DNA of 63,331 bases, counting the filler, from Licmophora abbreviata (lineage: Eukaryota), in the NCBI GenBank assembly GCA_900291995.1. It is 13 parts of 13 records of this genome, joined end to end, with 100 filler letters (N's around TTAATTAATTAA, not from the genome) between each part and the next. Parts side by side here need not be neighbours in the genome. Positions count along the whole stretch, not along the records: positions 47,027 to 49,841 come from OLMU01003570.1; positions 49,942 to 61,488 come from OLMU01003572.1; 11 more parts are not named here. One strand, written 5' to 3'. The notes under the pieces are model-generated. The model worked only from the letters and a program-made list of their open reading frames with translations. It had not been told where the DNA came from and searched no databases. Positions 49,210 to 61,588 of this stretch are shown in pieces. Each line of letters opens with the position of its first letter. Position 1 is the first letter of the stretch. The position numbers and the translations under genes are program-made.

Positions 49210-49941
49210 TGCTAGGATCATACTGAGGGAAATCAAAAAGACTGCGAGCGTCCATGTACTCGTCGCTACTTGATAATATTTATTCTGATGCTCTCTACTA
49301 GCTATAATATGATACTCACGAGATAGCCCGTTGGCCACTATTATCGCTTACGGTTTAATTCAAAGTCGCGCAAGTTTGTTGTGCGAATGTATCGATTGGT
49401 CTGCGCGCACGGCGAGTTGGAAGACGTGAAGCAGCTCTACAGTACCATCGTTGGGCACAATTCTTCTTGTCGATCAGAGACGAAGACATAAAGTCGTTGT
49501 GGCTCATTTAAACATGCATCCGGGCTGATGACATTCTTCAGGGTTCCTCACTCATACCGTGCGCAAGGTATCGGATGTGCCAAAAACTCTCAAAGACGGG
49601 ACGTCGTCGGGCTAGCAACCCACATTGCGGCGAGTCGAGACACGGCGAGCGTGCATTCGATCGTCGCCACTGTACTTTTATCAGCGTGTTCTCTACTAGC
49701 TATAGACGATACTAACGAGATAGCCCGATTAAGCCATAATTTTTCTTATCAGTCAAATGCAAAGAGGTAATCGTTGTGGCTCGTTGAAGCATGCATCTGG
49801 ACTGATTATATGCTTCAGTGTTCTTCTCTCATACCAATGTGNNNNNNNNNNNNNNNNNNNNNNNNNNNNNNNNNNNNNNNNNNNNTTAATTAATTAANNN
49901 NNNNNNNNNNNNNNNNNNNNNNNNNNNNNNNNNNNNNNNNN

Positions 49942-50744
49942 GGAGGCGAAATACGAAGAAGACCCTCGGCAACATCATCAGCGGTAGCATTGATCGAAGC
50001 ATGCCATTCCATGTGATTCTGAACACACCAATACATCCATCGCTTCGGGGCAGGTAATGACTGATGGAACTCCGATAGAGCATACGATTGTACAGTATCA
50101 ATGAATCCGTCGTGCAGGCCATCGTCGGCGTCCAATATCGTTTCCAAGATTGGAACTTCGTTTCTCATCTCATAGGTACGCTGCAACAATGCTCTGTCCC
50201 CCGTGTATATTGCATGCGGCTGTAGCTGCTTCAATAGCTCCTCCCCCTCTTGGCCACCTCGCCATGAGCCTTCGAGACCCGCCTTGCTGTGCGTCAACAT
50301 CTCGTAGTTGTTGAGCGAATCGACGAGAAAGAAGCGTGGGTGAGGCCGTAACAGATCGACGAGCTCCGCATGAATGCTCTTGTCTAAGTTCGGGTCTGTC
50401 TTGATGATCCAGAGAAAGTTGGTCGAGTTCTGATGAAGGATGGTGGGCAAGCAGATGGATTTCCACTGCTCGAACCTCGCCCTTGTCAAGTATTTCAAGT
50501 CTCCCTGATGTTGCATGAATCGCGTATGAACGATGTGTATCAATGACGGTACAAGGTCCAGATTGTTTTCATTGGTCACTTCTGGTTGTGGCTGTAAAGG
50601 CGAGAGCAGGGCCCCGTACTCAGGCCACAGCGCCCTGGTCGTTGGTGTCCTGGAAACTTCCAAAACCACCGATGCGATTGACAACCCCAACAGGACTTCC
50701 ATCAGTGCCTTCGCGGAGACACGAGAACGGCGGGCCCATCCCAT
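49942..50744 (-). CDS. Putative GT-A glycosyltransferase (rhamnosyltransferase-like); 3' truncated by gap
   Basis: Signal anchor, HTRFMQ, RFEQWKSICLPTILHQ..NFLWII, and DxDD motif LDADDGL. Confidence 0.65.
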
Positions 50745-51136
50745 GCTAGGCTGCTACCAACCACGAGGCGTTCAATATACACCGGTAGGTTGGGATACAT
50801 TCGACGAACTCGGTGTGTCGTGACGCTCGTGATTGATCTTTGCGTGAGTGTGTTGATCGGATGCTCGTCATTGTCTCACGATCTCACAATATTGCGATCA
50901 AGACGCCATCTCAGCGGGCCAGCTTTTGATCCAATTCGGTCGACTCACTCGACTAAAATAGTAAAATGCCACCTTTTGGCGCGCGCAAAATTTCAACGCT
51001 GTCGAAATGTCTGTGTCGAAAAGTGCGCGATCAACTTCCGAATGAATTGACAATGGTAAATGGTGAGACATTCTTTGCTCGACCGCCGCCCAACTGAGTC
51101 ACGTAGTCTGGCCCTCCTGCCTTTTTGCTTGCCACC

Positions 51137-54100
51137 ATGTCGGATCCCGAGATCAAGAGTACCTCTCGGAACATCCAGGTCGTACTGCGACTTCGGCCAA
51201 TGAATAAGCTCGAGACTTCGAGACGATCGAAGAATTGTATCGAACTACACGATGATCCTCGTTCTCTTACCGTCGATTCGCCCCTTGAAGGAGAATACGA
51301 CTTTACTTTTGATCATGTAAGTACTAGAATGTCTGTCGATGAATACCTGTAGGAACGAGGACATCAGATTGCGCAGGGTTCATAGAGAAATTAAATTCCC
51401 TCTTGCTATTTGCTGGCATTGACGATTTGAACAATGACTCTCACGTAATATTCCTCCTTGTTGTACTTCTTCGACAGGTCCTTGAGGAACATGCGACACA
51501 GCAGGAGACGTATAGCCACTCTGTGGATTCTGTGGCATTCAGCTTACTCGAAGGCTTCAATTGTACAGTGATGTCGTACGGTGCCACAGGTACTGGAAAG
51601 TCTCTTACTTTATTGGGCGACTCTGCCCATGAGGGTATGATCCTGCGAATCGCTCAGGCCTTGTTTGACGCTATTGAGAAGACCGATGATATCCACACGG
51701 AGTACACTATCAAGTGTAGTTTTGTGGAGATTTACCTTGAAAAAGTCTTGGACCTACTGCTGCCGGGAGGTCGAGATGAAGCTGTCAACATTGCATCGTC
51801 TGGAGATATCGTGGGAGCTGCGGAGCTGTGTTGCGTCGATCGAGATGACATTCACAATGTCTTGGCTAGAGGAAGTGCCCATCGGACACAGAGTAGTACG
51901 GAACTCAACACAGACTCGAGTCGTTCGCATGCTGTCTTCGCCTTGACCCTGACACAGACGCGCGGATCGACGCAAACGACGGCTCGACTGCTTGTGTGCG
52001 ACTTGGCGGGAAGTGAATTTGCATCACCGCAACGTGCAAATGACATCATGGGTGCTGTTCAGGCGGAAGCCAAGATGGTCAACAAGTCACTGTCGGAACT
52101 TCATGGACTCGTCAAGATTCGTTTGGCGGATGCTTCCACAGCTGTAGGTGCAGACAAGACCTTGCCAGAGTCTGCGAAACGATGCAGACTGACGCGCTTG
52201 CTACAAGGTAGCTTTGGTGGGAATACTCTCACCACCATCATTTTGACCGCATCCCCGAGTAGTTACAACATTGGGGAAACGATAAGCACCGTCAACTTTG
52301 GACAAAGGTGTCGAAAAATTACCAATTTCCCGAGAGTCAATCAAAGGGCGACTCCGCTTGCAATGCAACGAGAGCTAGCGGAAAAGCAAGAAAAGCTGCG
52401 AGGACTGCTAACCCTCGTCAAGGATCTTGCAAAAGAGTGTAGGGCCTCGAACGAACGGATCGATGGCGTCGAAAGCCGCGATAGTCGGCTATGGGACAAT
52501 GTCCAGACATTGTTGGAACACGAAGATGAGAACGTTGAAGAGAGGCTTGAGGTGGTGGTACGGCCAGTCCAGAAAGACGAATCTACCGATATGCCATGTC
52601 TTCAATCAGACCTGGAGGAACAGCTGGCGGAGCTCAGGTCGGAAGTTGCGGTCCTACGGACGCAAAATGAAGAGTTGACTGCAGACAAGAAGCGGAACTC
52701 GGTAGAACTCATGAACTCCAAGAATGAAATTCACCTCTTGAGTCAGCGCAAGACGGAAGTGGAGCACAACCTTCGGACAAGTCAGTTTCGCGAGAATGAG
52801 GCAATCGTATTTCTTCGTCAGTTTCGTCGCTTCTATCGAAATGTGTTGCGCGACAAAGCGCGGCATGGAAGTGGCAGTTTGAGGAAGATAACAGAAGAGA
52901 TCGGTCAAAAAGCGTCGAATGCGCCGGATTTGAACCAGCTCACGGATGTGGACGCCCTAATGCTGGAAAGTGGGCTGATCGAAGATTACGAACTTAACGA
53001 TGACAAGTCGGGAGGAACGTACGGACCAAGCAAGGAGGCACTTGTACGAAGTGCTGCAGCTGCCGAGAAAGCAGCGGCCCTTTCCGACGGACTGCGACAG
53101 GGAAAAAGCGACAACACCGAAACCATAGACGATGGAAGTAGCTATGTCACTGCAAGCTCCGTTCGATCATCCATACGTCGGATTGGTACCCTCAACGTGA
53201 GCGTCGAGGATGGGAAGGAGTCTATCAGTGACGTGGGCGATGGTGGCGTAAGCCAGTACGTTCAGGATGACAAAGTCGAAGATGCTCACTCGCTCGACGA
53301 TGCTAGCAGCATCGGGGAACGCTACGGAGCTGACGGCCCAGACGCAGGCGTTTCTTCTTTAGCAACGGGATCGGAGAGTTCCAGAGGGCAGGATGGAGGG
53401 AGTCTGGTTGCAGCAAGGGCGAAACTGCTTATGACACCAGCGGGCCGGCTTACAACAATGCGCGAGAAGGAACTCGAGAAGGAACTCCTGGGAATGTCTG
53501 AGCATTGTATTGATCTTCAGATGGCGCTCAAGGAAGAAAAAGCGACTGTCGAGGCGCTCACCAGTCGCTCAGGAGGCCTCAGCAAAAAGAAACTGGCACA
53601 AGAAGCTATTGCTCTTCGTCAGCAGCTCGAAAAAATGAACGAGAATTTAATGGCGATCGCCTGGAAGATGAATGAGCTCAACCTAATTAACAAGTCTTAC
53701 AACGAGAAGATGGTGAATCGCGAGCAACATGTGATTTATTTGGAGGAAAATCTTGTCGAATTGCAAAACACAAACCGAAAGATCGTAAGGGAGAGGCAGG
53801 AAGCTGAAAAGAGACTTCGGGAAGAGGTCGAGAGTTTGACCACTGTCGTGGATGGAATGACGCTCCCCCTGTGGCAGTTTGGGGATATGGAAAAAGCTGT
53901 GAAACCGACAATCAATAGAATTATTGTTTCGCGAGGGGCGGGGTCGAACAAACTTACTTCAATGCTCGATCAAAAACATGAAAGACGGATGTCCGCCGGC
54001 GAAATTGAGCCAGATCTCGACATCGACTCTGTGAATCGCACGCCCGAGAAAGAATCGAAAGAAATGACGACGCAGACTGAGCGCGACGAAGTCGCGGAGA

Positions 54101-55527
54101 AAGCCGACATGGAGATGCAAACTGATCCGGAGGAATCAGTAGCGACGACTGAAGCTGAGGTTCAGACAGACGAAGCTGCCAATGGAAAAGCTTCTGAAGA
54201 GCAAGTCGGCGAGACGCCTGGCACATGTGACATCCGCTCTTCTCCCGAAATCCATTCCACTGACCTTTCAGCAGTAGCTGCTTCTGATTCTGGAGCAAGT
54301 GAGGACCAGTTCGTTCCATCCTCCGAAGACGAACAAAGCCTTGGATCCGTTAGTGAAGAAGAGAAGAATAGGAGGAGACGCGGCTTTGGGACAGCTCTAG
54401 GTACGACCGCTATGACGGGAGGCATTGTCGCAGAGATCTGTGGAAGCGACGACAAAGATGGTCAAATTGATCCTACGAATGAGCCCATAAGCGATGAAGC
54501 TGAGACGGGGACGGCAACAGTAGGGGTTAGCTCCATTGAAGAAGAAGTCAGGGGCGAGGAAAGTGAACGAGAAAATGAGTCTGCCAAGAAGTGGGCTGCT
54601 GGGCTTGGGATCGCTGCTGGCACGGCTGAAGTAGCCGCTGGGGTGGCTTCATCCCTTCAAGGGCGAGAGGATGGCGAGGACCAAAATTCGGTCTCGTCCG
54701 AGAGCGATGCTAGCATTGACCATTTTGAGCCAAAGCGACGCTCACTGCAAAGAGATTTAACGCCACCAAGGGTTTCCGAGGTGGATTACGAATTCGTTGA
54801 GAACGCTCACGATCTGGGTCACCAAGACGAGGAGACTTTCGTAACGGTTGGCGCATATGATGAGGGGATAGACAACATAAGTCAGTCCGCTCGTGGCGAC
54901 AGGGTACCGAGTCAGAACGATGCAGAACACGACGACGATGCCGCTGACTTTGAGGATGACTTCGTGGTGAAAGAGACTCCCTCCAATGAGACTGACGGTG
55001 TCAATCCTTTTCATGAGGAGGAAGACGCAAGTTCTAGCAATGATTTTGCTGAGCGGCAGGCCAGCAACGACAGTTTCGTCGAAGAAAAAGAAGCCGTAGC
55101 CGCACTCGAGTACGAGCACGAACGAGAAGAAGACATCACCATGCTAGCCACTGACCAGGAAGATGTTCTTGATCGTCCAACAAAATATATGCTAACAGAC
55201 GATATGCTCGTTGGAGGCAAACCAACAGGCTTCGAGCCACGACGCTTCGTTGACAAACTTGGCCCGAGCATCAGGCCCGGAATTATGGAGGAAAACAAGA
55301 AGTCAGCACGCGATCATACGCGAAGAGCGAACGAAGAGGGCGAACGAAAATCTATGGTAGCCCGCGACGAAAAGAAGCACAAGAAGAAGAAACGGAAATC
55401 GAGCGACCCTAACAAGAAGAAAAGGAAGGAGAGCAAGAAGAAGTCTTCCCGTGACAAAAGTGGACATCGTGATCGAGACCATTCGCAGAAACGCTCCCAC
55501 CGCCGTCATGAGTTTGTACAGGAATGA
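51137..55527 (+). CDS. Kinesin heavy chain-like motor (N-terminal motor, coiled coil, acidic and Lys-rich tail); intron 51317-51477
   Basis: IQVVLRLRP, FTFDH|V, YGATGTGKS, SFVEIYLE, SSRSHAVF, DLAGSE, NKSLS, LTRLLQGSFGGN, ETISTVNFGQR. Confidence 0.93.
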
Positions 55528-55660
55528 TGCCAACTATACATTGGTACGGATATCATAGAAGCATAGAGGTCGACGAAGCTTCACTTTCTATTTTTGCAGC
55601 TAGACTATCCACCCACCAGTCTTTGCGCGCATGCACTGCTACGGCTCGGTAGGTTTGTAG

Positions 55661-56114
55661 AATTATTGCATTAGGGCTTCTCTGGAGGCAGGGCTAGCTT
55701 GGTGGCAAGGCTTTAGTACAAAACCGTTAAGCTTCCGAACGAGAGTCAAGTCGTCTCGCTTGTACTGTTACGATACGATGGGCCTCCACAATTATTGGAA
55801 TAGGGCTGCCCTCAAGGCATAGCTAGCTTGGGGGCTAGACTTAGTACAAGGCATTTAGCTTCAGTATGAGAGTCAAGTCGTCTATTGTACCTTAGCAAGC
55901 AAGCTATCCCAGTCCCCACTTTACCGCTACTTCAAGCGGGCACGAGTACAGTGCCTGTAACGCCGGTATAGTCTTACAATGACTGACCGGCAGGAAAGGC
56001 CCGAAAGATTACGCTCTCAGTTTATTTACTGGCACTTCAAGCGGGCAGACGAGTACCTGTAACGCAGGCATAGTCATACAATGACTGACCGGCAAGAAAG
56101 GCCCGAAAGGTTAC
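55661..56114. repeat. Two adjacent pairs of diverged tandem non-coding repeats (A: 55661-55765 and 55790-55890; B: 55929-56012 and 56034-56114)
   Basis: A copies share ATTATTG..TAGGGCT, GCTAGCTTGG, TTAGTACAA and GAGAGTCAAGTCGTCT. B copies share ACTTCAAGCGGGCA, CCTGTAACGC and TACAATGACTGACCGGCA.GAAAGGCCCGAAAG.TTAC. Confidence 0.85.
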
Positions 56115-56423
56115 AATAGGACCGGCATTTCTCTTTCAGTGTATTTATGGAAAGCGGACAAATGATATTTTTGGGGCAATTACATTGGTCACAATGACTG
56201 GCCCAAGGGTCATTGCAAATTGAGAGGTCACACTATCACAACTTGTGCCGCCAAACAAGCCATTGTTTGTGTACTCATATAGGAGAGTGCTTTGTCCAGC
56301 GGCTTTTTACCTCTACCTCTATTTTATACAGTCCAAACGCCCCCAAAAAGCACTGGCGGTATTAGAAGCCTCCATTTTATCGTCGACTATTGAACCCTCA
56401 AGTATTACTTCAGCGAGATAGAG

Positions 56424-59400
56424 ATGAAGACTTCCAATCCTGTACTTTGCATTCTCACTTTGCTACTGTGTGTGAGCACGAGCCCGACTCTCGCGACAAG
56501 GAGAAGAGGCCTCTTCGAAAAGCGCGTCAGAAAACACAGCTCTATCAGAGCAGATGGAGAGCCCGAGGATCTCATCGACAGCGATGGCCATCGTCATCGC
56601 GTCGGGCGCGTCAACTTGCAACAGCTTGATTTTGACGCAGACGAAATCGAAGTGCAATTTCCAGGCAGTGACGGTGTAAGGAGATACCGTAAGCCAATAA
56701 GACGGATCAAGATGGATAGATTTGATGTCGGGAGGCGTTCGTTTTATGCTGAAAGCGAAGATGACTCGGATTCGACCATTACACTACTTGAAACGACTGC
56801 TGCTGATGGAACAACAGTTTTGGCCGGCACTGTACTTTCGAACCAAACTGTGTACCAGATTCGGCAGCTTCATGATCAGTCAGTAATCATGGATGCAATG
56901 AATGCTTCCGAATTTTCTCCTGAATATGAGGGACCCCTTCAGGAGCTGGACCCCGCCATGGACTCGCCTTTCGATTCCTCGCTGGACATAGTAGACGGAC
57001 AAGGGATAAGCGGCGGTGCTCGCCTGTTGAGGGGCAGCAACTCAAGCAACGCACATCGTCGTTTAGACAATGGTAGCGTTCTTGATATAATGGTACGTCC
57101 TGAAACATGATTGAGCAGTCTCTACAATCTCTTTTCTTCTTGTATTCTCAACAACGAGCCCACCCCTGCATTGCGGTCTTAGGTTGTCTACACACGCGGC
57201 GCAATGTGCTCGGCCGCAGGTTTTGGCAGAGGAGGAAATTGTAATCCTACCGATCAGAACAAAGCTACCATGGAAGCTGTTATTAACTTGGCAATTGCTG
57301 AAACAAATGCAGCTTACGAACTATCGAACATCCCAACAACGATGCGTTTGGTCAAAGCACACTACGACGCCAATTATGATGACTACAACAATGGATGGAC
57401 AGAAACACTCGGTAATCTGAGGTCAAAAACTGGGCCATTCACGTATGTACATAGCATGAGGAGCCAATATGGCGCTGACTTTGTGGCCATGCTTGTTGAT
57501 AGCAGCTCATATTGTGGTATCGGGTACAGACCTACATATCCGGATGCAGATAGTGCCTTCAGCCTCACAAAGTGGAGTTGCGCCACGGGATACTTTTCGT
57601 TCGGTCACGAGGTAGCTCACAATATGGTACGTCGCGTTGTACAAGCAGTGCATGATTTGATTGATTCTAAACCAGAAATCTTACAAACGAGCGACCGCAT
57701 TGTTTATTTCATAGGGATGCAATCACGACCGCGATAATGCCGGTGGCGGAGGCCAGTACAACTACGGCTATCAAAACCCGCAAGGAGACTTCCGATCTAT
57801 CATGGCATATGACTGTCCCGGTGGATGCAGACGCGTAATGCGATTTTCGAATCCAAAAGTGAATTATTTGGGTCAAGCAACGGGCAACTCCGGAGCCGAC
57901 AATGCCCGCTGGATTCGAGAACGGCTCGCTTCTTATGCCAACTTTCGCCAGTCCGTCAGTATCGGCCAGCAGTCCACGCCTCAACCTACTCCGAATCCGA
58001 CTCCTCAGCCAACACCCCTGCCAGCGAGCCAACCTACTCCAACGGTCGCTCCCCAGCCAGTTCCTACTCAAGCGCCTGTTCCGATAGCACCACCTGGTGC
58101 GCTAATCGCAAGTATGGCAGGAGGGTACATCGGCGGTGATGGGAATATGTTCGATGTCGTGGCAAAGAACGACATTACAATCACAAACTTTGCTGTTCAC
58201 GCGTATGCATCGACAACCATTACGGTTGAAGTGTACAAACGTAAGACGCCAGGATCATGCGAAGGACTCCATGCAAGCGAAAGTGCCTGGGAGTTGATCG
58301 GCACAACGTCGACTGTTGCTGCTAACCCATCGACTCCTACAGTTCTTCCGGTGGGATTCATGACGCCTGTAGCTGTCCCTGCGGGCACCAAGCAAGCATT
58401 TTACGTTACCTTCACCAGCGCCACCAACTACAACCGATACTCTCCTGGCTCACAGTTTGGAAGTGTATACTCGTCGAACGAGGACCTCGAATTTCACGAG
58501 GGATATGCCATTGGTTATAAGTTTGGGAACATCTACTACCCACGAGTCTTCAACGGTCTCATCTACTATGTCGATGGTGTCCCACAACCAACGCCGGGTC
58601 CGACAGTCCAACGAACCCGTGCCCCGACGCATGTCCCGACACCGCGGCCTACTCTGTCACCGACCCCCAGACCGACCCGCTCGCCAACTCCGGGGCCTAC
58701 ACCATCGCCCACGAAAGCACCTACACCGGCACCCACGCCTACAACTCCAACCCTATCCCCGGTCTCCCAAACGCCAGCGCCGATACTCGCAACTCCAGTA
58801 CCAACAGGAAGCCCGACGCCAGCACCGACTCCAAGACCAACCCCTATACCGACGCCAAGTCCCACTCCAGTTCCAACCCCGGGACCAACGCCCAGTCCGA
58901 TGCCTCAGCCTACACCAACTCCGACGCCAATCCCGAACCTGGAGACAATTACAACACTGTACGCTGGCGGAAATGGACAGGCTGGCAACATGTTCGATAT
59001 AGAGGCTCTGGAGCCGTTGACCGTGCGGTCGTTAGAAATCCACACGTATTCAACACGACAACAGGAGGTATACATCTATACCAAGCAGGGCTCGTACTCT
59101 GGATCAGAAGAAGACGAGACTCAGTGGCAGCTGATATGCAACATTCAGGTGATTGGCCAGGGATCAGGAAATCCAACCATCATTCCCGAATCAGCAATCC
59201 AATCTGTCTCAATAAGTGCTGGCGCGATTCAGTCTTTCTACGTGACACTCGCTGAGAGCGCTATTCGGTACACCAATGGCATTGTCAGCATTGCCGACCA
59301 AAACCTTCGATTCGTTTCGAGTTCCGGGAAGCGCTACCCTTTCGGCGACACGTACGCCAATCGCATCTTCAACGGAAGAATTCATTACACTGTTGATGGC

Positions 59401-60258
59401 ACTGCTCCTGCAGCCAGCGCTCCTACGGGTTTAGTCAATGGACCCTCCAAACAAGTTGCGACGACCTACGTGAATCGCAACGGTTCCTATGGAAACATGT
59501 TCACCGTCGAAGCCAAGGAGGACATCATTATTGACAATATGTATGTCCATACATTCCATCAACCTGGGACTCTTGTACAGGTAGAAGTATACAAGATGAC
59601 CACAATCAACGCCTCCTATCTGACAGTCCACGACCAGATAGACCAATGGCAACTCGTCGGTACCGCAACAGTCGAAGGGCAAGGAACGTACAATCCCACC
59701 ATGCTTCCTCCTGGAACGCTATCGGAAATATCCATCCCCCAAGGCAGCATTCAATCCCTCTATGTGACTATAGTTGGGGGTGGCATCCGGTACAGCAATG
59801 GCGAATCTACTTCTCTGAGCAACCTGCTGCCACACACGGAGAATGACGATCTCATAATTCATGAGGGCGTCGGTATTGGCGCACCACGCTTTGGTGGCAT
59901 GTTTCCATTCCGTGTATGGAATGGCGTGTTGGAGTACCATACGCCCAGTGCCGCAAGTCCAGATGCAGAAATTGGAACGAGCGTCATGACTGGTGACACG
60001 ATATTGGGCATGAAATTGGATGAGGGCAAGTCCTGCGACCGGAGCTCCGCATGTAAATCGAACTTTTGTGGTAGTGCGGTCGATCAAGGCAATAACTCAT
60101 TGTTGGACGGCAGTCTAACACGGAGTCGGACACGTGGGCATCATCTCAACGACAACAATCGTCGTGAGTTGAGTGGCAAGATCTGCCTTCCGAACAATGC
60201 CATTGCTCAAGACGATGGGGACTTTGCATCGTCGCGGAATGAAGAGCAACACACTTAG
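56424..60258 (+). CDS. Secreted metzincin metalloprotease (reprolysin/M12B-like) with Pro/Thr linkers and three repeated C-terminal beta-rich modules; exons 56424-57092, 57183-57626, 57715-60258
   Basis: Signal peptide. Spliced zinc motif HEVAHNM|GCNHD (HExxHxxGxxH) and Met-turn RSIMAY. PT repeats and three GNMF-containing modules. Confidence 0.9.
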
Positions 60259-60544
60259 TAGTGGGACGGGCGGGACGTTCGTTGTATTCCCATGCATTGG
60301 GGTTTAATCGCGTCATCGCTACATTAGAAATTAAGCAGCTTAGCACATTAAGCACACTTTCAATGCACATCCACAACCTTCGCTGGCGGATCGATCTCGA
60401 AACGTAGTTTGAATGATTGACTAACAGTTCGGCTAAGTGTACAACACATGCTTGACTCATGCGACTCAGCTCGGATTCGTTCGGGCGTTTGCGACTTGAA
60501 AAAGTCTCATACCGGTACATCTTCAATCTGTCCACCATGGCACC

Positions 60545-61488
60545 ATGGCGGTCTCCTCCGCTTTCCAGAGTCGGACTTGCCTTGTCGTTTCATTAGTGTC
60601 ACTCGTGATGTGCGGATCTACTGTAACATGGAGGACGCTCAGTCTCATGACAAGGAATGAAGAGATCGCGTGGAACGACGGTCGCGATGAGGACATGCGT
60701 CGAGAGGTACCAATAGTGACAGCCGATACACATGCGTTTGATCAGCGGACGACGAAGGCGACGTCCAAGCCTGATGCTCCTCAGATACCACACGTTCTCT
60801 TTTTTACTTACTCGACAAACTTCACGGATACTCCCAAAGCGCTTCGCGACAATGTTCAGCATACAATCGACCGATACCGTGAATTTTGGAAGGAACCTGA
60901 CGCACCCGTGCGGTACCTTACAAACGACGACTGTCGACTCATCCTGCAAGGGGTCTATCCTTCCTTGATACCTCATTTCGATCGAGAGCGACATGGTATG
61001 TACAAGGGTGACATATGTCGCGTTGCAGCTCTATGGCAAACTGGAGGCTACTACTTTGATGTCGATCTGCGCGTAGTATAGCCTGTGTCCTTGTCCGCCG
61101 ATACGGAGTTCTCGACGTGCCGCATGGATCAACAAGGGGAGCCTACAGGCTTCTTTCAGGCGTTTCTGGCAAGTCGCAAAGGCCATCCTGTGCTGTACGA
61201 AGCATTGCGACTCACGGAATTGTACTATCAACACAAACATCGACTCAAAGGTGATTACATGGGCACCAGCGTCTTGCTGGATGCGTACATTGCTGTCAAG
61301 GACCCGGGCGTAGTTCATCTCTACACAGAAGCCAATCTAGACGACAAGCATACGGCGGTGCTCTATCCGAACGTAGCACGTCAACAAGGGACGGGGTGCT
61401 GCTGTAATTTCATTGTGCACGACGCCATTGAACGAACTGTTTACTTTTTTCTCGCGAGTGCCGCTTCCAGCGACTCTACAGAAACACT
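60545..61488 (+). pseudogene. GT32/DxD-type glycosyltransferase interrupted by an in-frame TAG (61079-61081); truncated by gap
   Basis: QIPHVLFFT, GMYKGDICRVAALWQTGGYYFDVD, then TAG, with the same frame continuing (FFQAFLASRKGHPVL, YMGT). Confidence 0.7.
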
Positions 61489-61588
61489 NNNNNNNNNNNN
61501 NNNNNNNNNNNNNNNNNNNNNNNNNNNNNNNNTTAATTAATTAANNNNNNNNNNNNNNNNNNNNNNNNNNNNNNNNNNNNNNNNNNNN

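Noticed and set aside
55980..56114. CTGA...GAAA resembling a hammerhead ribozyme core
   Set aside because: Reads CUGACCG rather than CUGANGA, stem II is poor, and no consistent cleavage triplet is present.
58560..58940. Highly repetitive CCN-ACN stretch
   Set aside because: Encodes a Pro/Thr linker within the protease; not a CRISPR array or satellite.
12160..61588. Palindromic TTAATTAATTAA recurring twelve times
   Set aside because: Always centred in exactly 88 Ns; an artificial six-frame-stop scaffold linker, not biology.
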